Virus record (IMG/VR): IMGVR_UViG_3300037755_000305
Coordinates: 1 to 64,000 of that record
Reading direction: 5' to 3' (one strand)
Source of the DNA: a virus
Length of the DNA stretch: 64,000 nt
The notes below the pieces were generated by a model, which worked only from the letters and a program-made list of their open reading frames with translations, did not search any database and was not told the origin of the DNA. The position numbers and the translations under genes are program-made. This document shows, piece by piece, positions 36,490 through 45,674 of the stretch. Each line of letters begins with the position of its first letter. The stretch's first letter is position 1.

Positions 36490-37040
36490 TGTTTTTCTAC
36501 CTGCACTACAATGGGTCTGAGCCGGGATGGGCATTGTCCCTGCGGGGAATAGTGCCCTGTTTTACGCCTGCTTACCCGTTCTCTATGCAAGAAGAGTCTT
36601 TGGCTCCGTCCCTAGCCGATAAACAGCCTGCGGAGAGAGCGGCACGCTTCGCAGAAGCATTCCAGCTCGACAAAGGTCTATGGAAGCCACTCTCAGAGGC
36701 TCGCGAAACACTGGTGGGAGCAGACCAGCTAGCGTCTACAGATCACCTCGTGTGGCGTGACCAGTGGCTTCTGGGACGCGCCGATGCAGTGATTGTGGAG
36801 AACGGAGCTACCTTGGAGATCCCTCTTTTGGCAGCTTTGTGGGGTATCCCTGTCGTGGCCGTTTCTTTTACCCCAACTGGTATGCATCCTTGGTTGGCTA
36901 AGACGGCTCAAATCACATTGAACAGCCCAACGAACGCTGAGCAAATTCTAAGTGTGCTGGGTATTCAGATTGTAGAGGAAAGCTCCCCGCAGGAAGATAT
37001 ATTGCCGGAACTCCCTGGAGTAGAAGGGGTTATCTCTTAG
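36489..37040 (+). CDS. Nucleoside 2-deoxyribosyltransferase-like protein
   Basis: RDQWLLGRADAVIV...LEIPLLAALWGIPVVAV resembles the NDT-fold pattern D..l..aDavv...E.g.A...gkPV. Confidence 0.4.
   Translation: MFFYLHYNGSEPGWALSLRGIVPCFTPAYPFSMQEESLAPSLADKQPAERAARFAEAFQLDKGLWKPLSEARETLVGADQLASTDHLVWRDQWLLGRADAVIVENGATLEIPLLAALWGIPVVAVSFTPTGMHPWLAKTAQITLNSPTNAEQILSVLGIQIVEESSPQEDILPELPGVEGVIS
37030..37037 (+). promoter_or_regulatory. Recurrent TTATCTCT boundary motif, copy 3
   Basis: GGTTATCTCTTAGAAG at the end of the replication block, immediately before the baseplate module. Confidence 0.55.
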
Positions 37041-37081
37041 AAGAGAGAAGCTTTACGTAGATTTACACCCGGAGAGCGTCG

Positions 37082-37405
37082 ATGCGGTGCCCGGAATGCA
37101 ACCAGACTTTCAGAATCTTAGGATCTAGAATCTTTGATTTCACAACTACCGCGTTTGGTTGCCCCATCAAAGGACACTGGCCCGGCTATACTGCAAAAGT
37201 GTATATAGACAACGTGGAACTTGTCAAGTGCAAGTGCGGTGTTGCCCCCAACATTCCCCAAATAGAAACACTACAGCATACTCTGTTCGGCACGAGTGCC
37301 GATAACGGAAATATGTCCATTGACCCGTTTTCTGATGTCATTTACATGGGTACCTGGGACGACGATGACGAGGGCTGGATTCTGTCCCAGCATCAGGAAC
37401 AATAA
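37082..37405 (+). CDS. Cys-rich (zinc-ribbon-like) hypothetical protein
   Basis: MRCPEC...GCP...CKCG. Confidence 0.6.
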   Translation: MRCPECNQTFRILGSRIFDFTTTAFGCPIKGHWPGYTAKVYIDNVELVKCKCGVAPNIPQIETLQHTLFGTSADNGNMSIDPFSDVIYMGTWDDDDEGWILSQHQEQ

Positions 37406-40400
37406 TGGCTAACGCAAAAACAGACTCCTTGGGGCTGAAAAAATCCCCGGTAAATCCGCAAACGGCTGAGGTGGCTCCTAACAGCACCGGAAGCAAACTG
37501 ATGGGTATTTTTGCCCCCGGCGGAGACCCTGTTAGAGCCACACATCCTGGGCGCGTCCAGTCTATCATCAAAACTCCCGCGCCAGGAGCCAGAGCATCCT
37601 CCTTCATTGTCGTTCTTGCAGCCACAGAAAACGAGACTGACAATTCCGGTCGCACACCAGACGACCCGAACGTTAACCTTTCAGAATTTCCGAATACAGT
37701 GTACGCAGGTCTTGGATCCATCAGTGTACAGGTAGGTGAAAAAGTATCAACAGGAACCCAAATTGGTACTGTTGGTTTCTTTCCAACACACGAAGGAGTA
37801 GGCGGCAAGACGGGTATAACGTACGGTGTTAACCAGAACGGCTTAGGCTCGGAGGCGGCAAGATTAGCACCGCAAGGCTATTTGGCCATCAAAGCGATTG
37901 ACGAAGCTCAACTCAAGAACACAGAAAACGAAACACCAGATACAGAGAATACCAAGGAAGAGCCCACGGACGCCGACACCAATACCCCGGGACTGAATCA
38001 GGTAGCGGCACAAGATAATTCGGATAATCCCCCTACACTTGCTCAGGTTGGTAATTCCAACTTTCCTTACGTCACACGACCACAAGTTAGGTTTGTAGAA
38101 CAGAGTAATCAAGTCTTCAGCCATGATCTTTTAGTTTACATAAGTGGCGTTGATGTTACGCCATATTTGGCTGGTCAGGTTAGCATAAACATTGTTGACA
38201 AAGACGGATGGAACGAGGCTAATCTAACTCTAAACAACGCAATGAACAATTTCATCATTACACAGGATAACATAGGATTCAATAATGATTTGAAAGGTGT
38301 GTTCCGAACCGGAGAATCCCAAGGTGAAAGAAAATATAGTGAGCAAGCCAAGAAGGACCTCATAGAATACAAGAATGAACTCCTGCGAAACCCTCTTGTA
38401 GACATCGAGAAATTGCAATTGGTAGACCCAACCGTCACCCAAGGTGTGGCCCAGGTCAGTGTTTCAGGAAATAGGGTACAACAGATAAGTAATGCCACCG
38501 GAAACCAAGTAGCTCCCGTCAAAGGAGAAGCTAAGGCGCCTAAGAGAGATCGTGCCTCTAAGACCACTTTTCAGGTCAATCCAGGAATCCAAGATAGGCG
38601 CTGGCAGCTAGGGTACATGAGTGCTGTTTTTCATAAACACGACCCTATTCGCATCTTCAGAAAGAATCCGATTAGAGAACAAGACGAGTGGATGCCCGCC
38701 TTTACGGGATACCTGAATGAGATCAGTTACGACACTAACTACATCAACGGACAGTCTCAGGTTTCTTTGTCCTGTTATGACATTCGTGCCCTGGCTGCTA
38801 AGATGCGAGTTCAAGAAACGGCTGTGACCGGTGTTACCAATCCCAGAGCATTGTTCCAAGGGTCTGAGCAGGCTGGAGCGTCCTCTTTGTTCACTGATCT
38901 ATTGAACCCTACTGTCCAAGGACATCCTCTGCAAGCTAAGCGATACGAGGATGTCATGGAGTTTCTCATCACAGGAACGTCTTCAGAAGAAAGTAATCTT
39001 CAGGCGTCATTTGGGGCATCCAAGTTCCGCAGAGGTATAGGAGACTTCACTGTTGGAGACAAAATCTTCTATCGACCTGGAAGTTCTGTTTCCAGTCCCA
39101 AAATAGCTCCTGACCCGCTGGAGCATTGGCATGCCCTTTGTCTTTTTGGGACAGCAGGCGCTCGCCATCTTCGTGTACAGAACGGTGTACCCGGAACTGT
39201 TAGGGGCAAAGAGAAAACAATTCTAAAGCCAGATCCTTCCGGTCTTCCCTCCCTAAATAGAAGATGGATGACAGAGGCCGAAGCCAGAGCTATTGGTAAA
39301 GCCACCACCAATGACGGAGAATGGGCACCGCATAAACAGTTTGTACACTTTTTGCTGCCTGCCGACGGTACCGGTGCCAAGAACTTGCTGGAGGCCGATG
39401 TAGCAAACGTTGATAGCAATCAAATAGATTTCAGATCCCGTCTGGATATCATGCAGGACTTTTCTGCACGAATCGACTACCAGTTCTGGGTAACTCCTAT
39501 GGGAGATTTCGTTGTAGAGTTTCCGCAGTATGATTTCCATCCAGAAGATTATGGTGAATACAGCACAGTCTTTAGGGTGGACAAACACCTTACCAGTGAT
39601 ACAATCCAAGATGAAGCAGGAGATATGGTGACGGCTATCATTGCATCTGGTCGCATACGCCCAGAAGGGGAAGCCAGTATCCCTGAATTTATTCAGCCAA
39701 AGGCTGTTGTAGTATCGCCTATGATGATGATGAGGTACGGGGTTCTGGAGCATGAGCTTACACTTCCGTTCGTGTCATCCACAGACTCTCTAGCCCGACT
39801 TGCACAGATAGAATTTCAGAAAAAATTGTCCGAATCTAACAAGATGAACATGTCATTCAACTACCGACCTTGGATTACCCCCAATAGACCTATTGAGCAT
39901 ATGGAGAGGAAGAGGATGGGTCTCACCACCGCTGTACACAACTCCATGACAATCTTCAAAGAAGCCGATACTTCCATTACAACCCGATACGTGAGGCGAC
40001 AGATTTTTCGGAACGACGGAACTGCTGCATACACTTTCATCTTTAGTGGTGCGTCTATGCCTATCACCTACAGAGAAATTTACGCTAACAGCACCATTGT
40101 TCCGTCAACAGGAAAAGCCGGTCAAGTTACACTACAGAAAGAGCCAACCAACGGCGGACGGGCTGGAAATTCCAACACCGCCATTACAGATAACCCTAAT
40201 GTGAACATTACGCAAGGGGCTGTACAAAACACAAAAACTGTAGATGGTTTAGGTACAGCCGCTAGAAGCCCTACTCCGTCCAAAGAACAGGCTGGGGTTT
40301 TCATGGCTATTGCACAGCAGTCTAGCGGATGGAATGAACTGAACCGAACAACGGATGGGCGATTTGGCTTGTTTGGATTGTCTAAAGAACAGAGAATAGG

Positions 40401-40890
40401 TTTGGGTATTGGAGATTCTACAGACGCTCAGGTCCAAGCTGATGCAGCAGACGGGTACTTCAAGAATCTAGTGTCTAAATGGAAGGGCGATTTGTTCATG
40501 GCTACTGCGGAGTTTAGGGAGGGAGCAGAAGCTATCAAAAACAACAACATTCTTCAAGACTTCAAGGATGGATTTTGGGCTACTACTGAAAAACTTGGAA
40601 AGAAGTTTGAAACGGTTGCACAGTCTCTAAAAGAAGAATATAGCGAACTACGTCCCGGCGACAAGGAGTCTACAAAGCAAGCCCCGACGGATGCAGCTAC
40701 CAAAGAGGCCATTGCAGCAGCGGAAACAGCTCAGCCGTTGCCATCCGGTGCTGGATATCAGAACACTGTTGGCGTGATTGTATATACCAAGCAGGATTCT
40801 GCCGCAACTAGCAGCACTACAGTAGGAGCTACCCATAAACAAGCAGAAGAGAATGCTGTAACGAACAGAACGGCGACTACAAATGGCTAG
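37405..40890 (+). CDS. Baseplate hub protein with degenerate N-terminal M23-like and C-terminal lytic transglycosylase-like domains
   Basis: M23-like YAGLGSISVQVGEKVSTGTQIGTVG; central hub-type region (VYISGVDVT, FTGYL, GVLEHEL, RPWITPNRP); SLT-like AIAQQSSGWN...GRFGLFGL...WKGDLFMA. Lies upstream of a gp5-like spike gene. Confidence 0.65.
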   Translation: MANAKTDSLGLKKSPVNPQTAEVAPNSTGSKLMGIFAPGGDPVRATHPGRVQSIIKTPAPGARASSFIVVLAATENETDNSGRTPDDPNVNLSEFPNTVYAGLGSISVQVGEKVSTGTQIGTVGFFPTHEGVGGKTGITYGVNQNGLGSEAARLAPQGYLAIKAIDEAQLKNTENETPDTENTKEEPTDADTNTPGLNQVAAQDNSDNPPTLAQVGNSNFPYVTRPQVRFVEQSNQVFSHDLLVYISGVDVTPYLAGQVSINIVDKDGWNEANLTLNNAMNNFIITQDNIGFNNDLKGVFRTGESQGERKYSEQAKKDLIEYKNELLRNPLVDIEKLQLVDPTVTQGVAQVSVSGNRVQQISNATGNQVAPVKGEAKAPKRDRASKTTFQVNPGIQDRRWQLGYMSAVFHKHDPIRIFRKNPIREQDEWMPAFTGYLNEISYDTNYINGQSQVSLSCYDIRALAAKMRVQETAVTGVTNPRALFQGSEQAGASSLFTDLLNPTVQGHPLQAKRYEDVMEFLITGTSSEESNLQASFGASKFRRGIGDFTVGDKIFYRPGSSVSSPKIAPDPLEHWHALCLFGTAGARHLRVQNGVPGTVRGKEKTILKPDPSGLPSLNRRWMTEAEARAIGKATTNDGEWAPHKQFVHFLLPADGTGAKNLLEADVANVDSNQIDFRSRLDIMQDFSARIDYQFWVTPMGDFVVEFPQYDFHPEDYGEYSTVFRVDKHLTSDTIQDEAGDMVTAIIASGRIRPEGEASIPEFIQPKAVVVSPMMMMRYGVLEHELTLPFVSSTDSLARLAQIEFQKKLSESNKMNMSFNYRPWITPNRPIEHMERKRMGLTTAVHNSMTIFKEADTSITTRYVRRQIFRNDGTAAYTFIFSGASMPITYREIYANSTIVPSTGKAGQVTLQKEPTNGGRAGNSNTAITDNPNVNITQGAVQNTKTVDGLGTAARSPTPSKEQAGVFMAIAQQSSGWNELNRTTDGRFGLFGLSKEQRIGLGIGDSTDAQVQADAADGYFKNLVSKWKGDLFMATAEFREGAEAIKNNNILQDFKDGFWATTEKLGKKFETVAQSLKEEYSELRPGDKESTKQAPTDAATKEAIAAAETAQPLPSGAGYQNTVGVIVYTKQDSAATSSTTVGATHKQAEENAVTNRTATTNG

Positions 40891-42313
40891 AAATGTAGAA
40901 ACCAGAGCGCAGCTTTTGAGAAAAGCTAAGCAGAAGACCCAAAGCAAATTGCAGGGGTCTGACAAGCCGTATTTTGGATTCATAAAGGAATACAATTCTG
41001 TCGCTGACACTACACTTGTGGACAGTCACGGCGGCCGAAGAATTATTGCAAACCCTCACCCCCATTTGGGGCGTACAGCTTGGATGCGTGCCGCCCCGGA
41101 GGCTGGAATGGGTTCCTTGCTGATTGTGCGCAGTGATTCTAACGAACCAGAGCACATGCGTTACTGGCATACGGACACGCAGGCTAGAATATTGGCCTTT
41201 AGACAGAATGCTAAAAACATTATCGAGGGCTCTGGCGAACTTGTGAGCTTAGAAGCATTCAGGCCCCTTGACGAAGGGGAGATCGACTTTACCTCACGAG
41301 GAGGTGCTAACTTTTTTATGGGCAACAGGCCACATATTGACATGCGTGCGGGCATTGTTTCCTTGAAAATGGATCAGGACGAGGCGGAATTTGGAACTAA
41401 GTCTCCGTTACACATACGACGAGGATACCAGAATCGTGAAAACTCCATAATTGATGAAGAGAGATTCGGTGTGGTGCGAAGACAGGTAGCAGGAAGTTAT
41501 GTAGACAAATTCTTCCCGGACTCAGATGGAAAACAAGGGCAGGATGCTAGTGGTTTTGCCAAGGAACACTTGATACGTATGTCTAACGCTCAGGGAACTG
41601 CTCCGGCTGTATTGTTTGATACCCGAATCGGAAACTCCATGGATGACGATGGAATTCCCTACACTTTGGATGATACAGGTCTAAATCTCCGTGCAAGGGT
41701 GGAATACTTCACACCGACTGAAACATCTGTTCTGGCGCAGTTAGACGAAAATGGGAACTTCAAAATAGAGCATCCTATAGACGCAAATATTGGAGGAAGT
41801 TTTAGCCTACCAGCAGGCACCTTGAAAGCCCAAATAGGTCTAAATTTCGAGAGAACTGTAGGACGCAACGAAGATGTTAGTATAGGTGTAGATAGAATTC
41901 AGAGTATTGGTAATGACGACATCAAAGAAGTTGGCAATATACGTCGAATTACGGTAATAGGAGATGAGATTCGGCTATTGCAGGCAAATTCAATGGAGAC
42001 CGTAGAGGGCAACAAAACTATAGCAGTCAAAGGCTCCTTGGCTGTTTCTACGGGGTTGGACACAAGTAAAATGAACTTCACCAACACTAGTGGATCTTTC
42101 GAATGCGATGTGTTTACAGTGCTGGCCAAGTCTATCGTGCTGGAAGCACCTCTCGTAACAATTTCTGGAAACTTGGATGTTACAGGCACCATAAAGGCTG
42201 GTGGCGTACTTAGCAATTCTGGTATCGTGGCCCCTAACTTACAAAGGAAGGATTTCAGCGGTACCAAAGGTACGGCAGGAAGCCTGTCCAGTGCAAAGGC
42301 TATTAGATCGTAA
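40883..42313 (+). CDS. Baseplate central spike (gp5/gpV/VgrG-like)
   Basis: N-terminal OB-fold-like region, then 8-residue beta-helix repeats (TVGRNEDV SIGVDRIQ SIGNDDIK EVGN...TVEGNKTI) and VTISGNLDVTGTI. Confidence 0.75.
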   Translation: MARNVETRAQLLRKAKQKTQSKLQGSDKPYFGFIKEYNSVADTTLVDSHGGRRIIANPHPHLGRTAWMRAAPEAGMGSLLIVRSDSNEPEHMRYWHTDTQARILAFRQNAKNIIEGSGELVSLEAFRPLDEGEIDFTSRGGANFFMGNRPHIDMRAGIVSLKMDQDEAEFGTKSPLHIRRGYQNRENSIIDEERFGVVRRQVAGSYVDKFFPDSDGKQGQDASGFAKEHLIRMSNAQGTAPAVLFDTRIGNSMDDDGIPYTLDDTGLNLRARVEYFTPTETSVLAQLDENGNFKIEHPIDANIGGSFSLPAGTLKAQIGLNFERTVGRNEDVSIGVDRIQSIGNDDIKEVGNIRRITVIGDEIRLLQANSMETVEGNKTIAVKGSLAVSTGLDTSKMNFTNTSGSFECDVFTVLAKSIVLEAPLVTISGNLDVTGTIKAGGVLSNSGIVAPNLQRKDFSGTKGTAGSLSSAKAIRS

Positions 42314-44397
42314 TGACTGTTAAAAGTGCAGTAAGAGAGGTTGTAGCTGAAGGGACTGTTCTCGCGGAAACTATTTGCACGGAATTGGATAGCCTCGATT
42401 TCAGTACAGCCTCTATTGCAGAACTCAAAACCAAGTATGACACCATCATCAGAAAGGTGTTTGGTGTTGGGTACGATCAATTGGCCACCAACAGGTCTTT
42501 GCCTCCAGTTAGTCCTACTTCTCTGTACGATCAGACTAGATTGGCTCTAACAGATATTATAGCTGTAGGAACAATCTTTGTTCCTTCCGCAACTACTCAA
42601 AGCAATCTGAAAGATTTACAAGAGTTTTACATAAGCGTTGGAGAAGATTTGTCTCTCGTGACTTCGGCTATTGATTCTCATCCAGGAGGAATACCGGAAG
42701 AAGATACATTTGAGTTGGCTATCAACCATTTTTCAATCAAGTCCACCAGTGCGCGAAATCCCAACGGAACTTTCAAGAGCAGAAATGAGCTATCTTCGGA
42801 GCTTGGACTCGACACTTTCGAATATTTTGTATTCCCAGATATTTCGCAACTGTACTTCGTAGTGTACCCCATTTTCATTGGAATGAACAAACAACTTGAA
42901 TCCACTTCCCGTAAGATAAACATTCCTAAGTCTCAATTATCTTTGCGTGTTGTATGGTTCGGAACTGTAAACCCAAGCAGCGCTAATTTCTCCAAGATGA
43001 AGACAACTCTGGGTCTAAACAACTTACAGATTCGATCTGCCTCTTTTGGAGATGATCTGGCAAGAAGCAGCTCTAGTGTTTTCAACACGCTAATAACCGT
43101 TATGCTTGATAGGTTCCGATTTACCGGAAGCTCTTTACCGTCTTCTTCTAGTCTTTTGAAGATTCTTGATGCCGTACAGAAGGACGCATACGAGTTTCTG
43201 TCTCAGGTTACGTTCGGAACTACAGTGCTGTCTGATAGAGATGTAGTTTCAGACTCCAGGGAATCAGGAATTTCGGATTCCGATCTTGAGTATTCTTTGG
43301 TCAGACGGGTCGATCAAAATTTCAAGGGGGCGGACCTTAGCGCCAACAATCTAAGAACTATTGTGTTTCCGCAGACCAGTAACTTAAATGAACGAAGAAC
43401 GTTAGCTTTCGCATTACAACAGGAGCCGGATACTCTACGCTTTACCAACAATGCCCTAAACCAGAGCCCGGAATATCGCAAAGACTTAGTGTCCGCGTCA
43501 AAAAGACTTGTAGCTTCGATTGCGGCACACCGGATCATCATTGCTAGAGAATCTTCCACACAACTAGACATCCAAAGAGCATTGTTAGCTATTTTGGCAG
43601 ACATAACATCCCTACAACAGGCATATCAGACATTTCTGTCGCCCCCTACACCCGGGCCTAGAATCAAGGGCGATAGGACGATAGAATCGACCAACAACAC
43701 CCTCACTCGTGCCTGCGATTTGGTAAAGTCCTTGAGGATTCGAGATCAAATTACTCAATTCCCTGAGGATTTTGACGGACAAATTGACTCAGATTTGCAA
43801 GAGGTTCTTGACGGTCTTTTGTCACTAACCTTTTTGCTAGACGAATACCTGACAATCTATAGGTACGGAGAAGTTAGAGACTTTTTAGCTGCTTGCGTGT
43901 CGGTTGGGAGTATGACCAACGTCTTACTGGCTGATGGAGAACCATCGACGAGCAATCTGATAACGGAACTTCCCGCAGGGATCAAAGAACTGCGTACCCA
44001 AATCCAAAATGTGCTTCTATCTGATCCGAACACAGAAGTTCTGTACCGTAACGTATCTATACAGGTAGGGGCTTTTTCTTCTGTTCTACGGGGAAATAGC
44101 GAGGATTCTCCGGCCGAACGTCTGCTTAGCTTGCCCGTAACGGTCCTAGACTCTTTGTTGCCTTCAACCGAGTTCCCGGAATCATACAGTATTCCTCTGG
44201 AAAATGGACAAGAGGAAGCTTTGCGACAAATTCGCGATAGTTTTGACGTGCTGCAAAGAACGGTGGTTTCCACTATCAGAGATTTGGGAGTGTACGGCTC
44301 CAATTACGGTTGTGCTATTAACGATGCCAAATTCTTTGTTTCTCGCCTTTCAGGAGATTCAGTGAGGAAGCTTGTAACAGAACTGAGACAGTCTTAA
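42313..44397 (+). CDS. Hypothetical structural protein (694 aa)
   Basis: Coupled ORF within the baseplate module; no motif recognised. Confidence 0.75.
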   Translation: MTVKSAVREVVAEGTVLAETICTELDSLDFSTASIAELKTKYDTIIRKVFGVGYDQLATNRSLPPVSPTSLYDQTRLALTDIIAVGTIFVPSATTQSNLKDLQEFYISVGEDLSLVTSAIDSHPGGIPEEDTFELAINHFSIKSTSARNPNGTFKSRNELSSELGLDTFEYFVFPDISQLYFVVYPIFIGMNKQLESTSRKINIPKSQLSLRVVWFGTVNPSSANFSKMKTTLGLNNLQIRSASFGDDLARSSSSVFNTLITVMLDRFRFTGSSLPSSSSLLKILDAVQKDAYEFLSQVTFGTTVLSDRDVVSDSRESGISDSDLEYSLVRRVDQNFKGADLSANNLRTIVFPQTSNLNERRTLAFALQQEPDTLRFTNNALNQSPEYRKDLVSASKRLVASIAAHRIIIARESSTQLDIQRALLAILADITSLQQAYQTFLSPPTPGPRIKGDRTIESTNNTLTRACDLVKSLRIRDQITQFPEDFDGQIDSDLQEVLDGLLSLTFLLDEYLTIYRYGEVRDFLAACVSVGSMTNVLLADGEPSTSNLITELPAGIKELRTQIQNVLLSDPNTEVLYRNVSIQVGAFSSVLRGNSEDSPAERLLSLPVTVLDSLLPSTEFPESYSIPLENGQEEALRQIRDSFDVLQRTVVSTIRDLGVYGSNYGCAINDAKFFVSRLSGDSVRKLVTELRQS

Positions 44398-45086
44398 TGC
44401 CTATCAACACATTCGTCAGCACAAACCTTTTTCCTAACCTCACTCAAGAAGAGCGTCTTCGCGTACAGATCTTCAGCGCCGAGAGAACCATCGACCTGCC
44501 CAGGTTTTTCAATGCTGGAACCCAAAAGCTAGGAGACGTTCCCAACGAGACCATTTCCAGAGAGTTTGAGGCGTTCCTTATTCTACAGTCTATTCAAAGC
44601 CCTGAAAAGCTTTCGGACGCTATGGTTTGGTTCAACGAGTCTGCCGATTTACAGCTCAAGAGATTAGATCGAGACAATCTTCTAAGGGAATCGTACTTAG
44701 AGGAGAAAACTGACGCGCTAGCCAAGGCCCAGGAGCTAAACGACAGGATTGTACGCTTCACGACCTTCAGGTCCACTTTCCAAGAAGTAGACCTGGGACC
44801 CGAAGTTGACCCAAATTTGTATCCTCCTGCTAGATTCTCCTCGGTTCCAGAAATAAGCCTCATCATGCGGGATTCCCAGGCAGCAATGGGCCAAATTTCG
44901 TCTGACGCTAAACGGGCGGAATATAGAGTAGTTATGGACGAAGTTTTGGATAAGGCTCGTATTTCTAGGGTAAGGACAGGAGATTCTATCTCCGGCATTG
45001 CAGACGACAAAATCGCGGAAGAGTTGCTCTCCTGGCGAAACGTAATATCTGACGTGCAGTCCCGTGTGACGGGAGGTAACAGATAA
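44397..45086 (+). CDS. Hypothetical structural protein (229 aa)
   Basis: TAATG-coupled ORF within the baseplate module. Confidence 0.75.
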   Translation: MPINTFVSTNLFPNLTQEERLRVQIFSAERTIDLPRFFNAGTQKLGDVPNETISREFEAFLILQSIQSPEKLSDAMVWFNESADLQLKRLDRDNLLRESYLEEKTDALAKAQELNDRIVRFTTFRSTFQEVDLGPEVDPNLYPPARFSSVPEISLIMRDSQAAMGQISSDAKRAEYRVVMDEVLDKARISRVRTGDSISGIADDKIAEELLSWRNVISDVQSRVTGGNR

Positions 45087-45607
45087 TGACAGCCACATTT
45101 AGAATGGTAGACGGAGATTTGTTTTTCGATGTAAACGGTCGCCTGGATGAGGTCGAAAATTTCGACAAGGTAAGTCAGGATATCGCAGAAGTTCTTTTGA
45201 CACACTTTGATGTTGATAGGGATTTTGGAAGTGAGCTTGCACTTATTGACACTTCTCCAGTATTCAATATCAGTAGGTCTCAGGTAACTTCTTACGTGCT
45301 GGATGCGATTGAGCGCCTAAGAACCTATCAGAGAACCAGTGCTTACACAACAGCACAAGAAGAGATTGCAGCCATTGAGCAGATTGAAGTGTTTCAGAAC
45401 GACCAAACAGAAATTACTTTCGGACTAGGTGTTTTGACCACAGCGGGTCCAACAGTAGAGGCTACAACGCGGCTTGACAGAACACCGGTATCTTTGAACC
45501 ACTTGTTGCCTCCGGGCTCCAGCCAACAGGCTCAACAGGCCAACGCTAGAAACAGGACCGCAAACCAATCGCCAGTGATTACCGGAGAAGTACATAATGG
45601 CATGTGA
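45086..45607 (+). CDS. Baseplate wedge gp25/GPW-like protein
   Basis: DGDLFFDVNGRL...KVSQDIAEVL...FGS pattern, size, and position just before baseplate J. Confidence 0.65.
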   Translation: MTATFRMVDGDLFFDVNGRLDEVENFDKVSQDIAEVLLTHFDVDRDFGSELALIDTSPVFNISRSQVTSYVLDAIERLRTYQRTSAYTTAQEEIAAIEQIEVFQNDQTEITFGLGVLTTAGPTVEATTRLDRTPVSLNHLLPPGSSQQAQQANARNRTANQSPVITGEVHNGM

Positions 45608-45674
45608 GATGTGCAGCTTGAGTAAGAATACCAAAACAGGTAAAGAATTCATAGAACACTTGGAGTCGATCTGA
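45597..45674 (+). pseudogene. 25-codon mini-ORF resembling an HNH endonuclease C-terminal remnant
   Basis: MACEMCSLSKNTKTGKEFIEHLESI*, compared with the HNH tail pattern ACxxCNxxKxxKxxxEF. SD GGAG; stop overlaps the baseplate J ATG. Confidence 0.4.
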
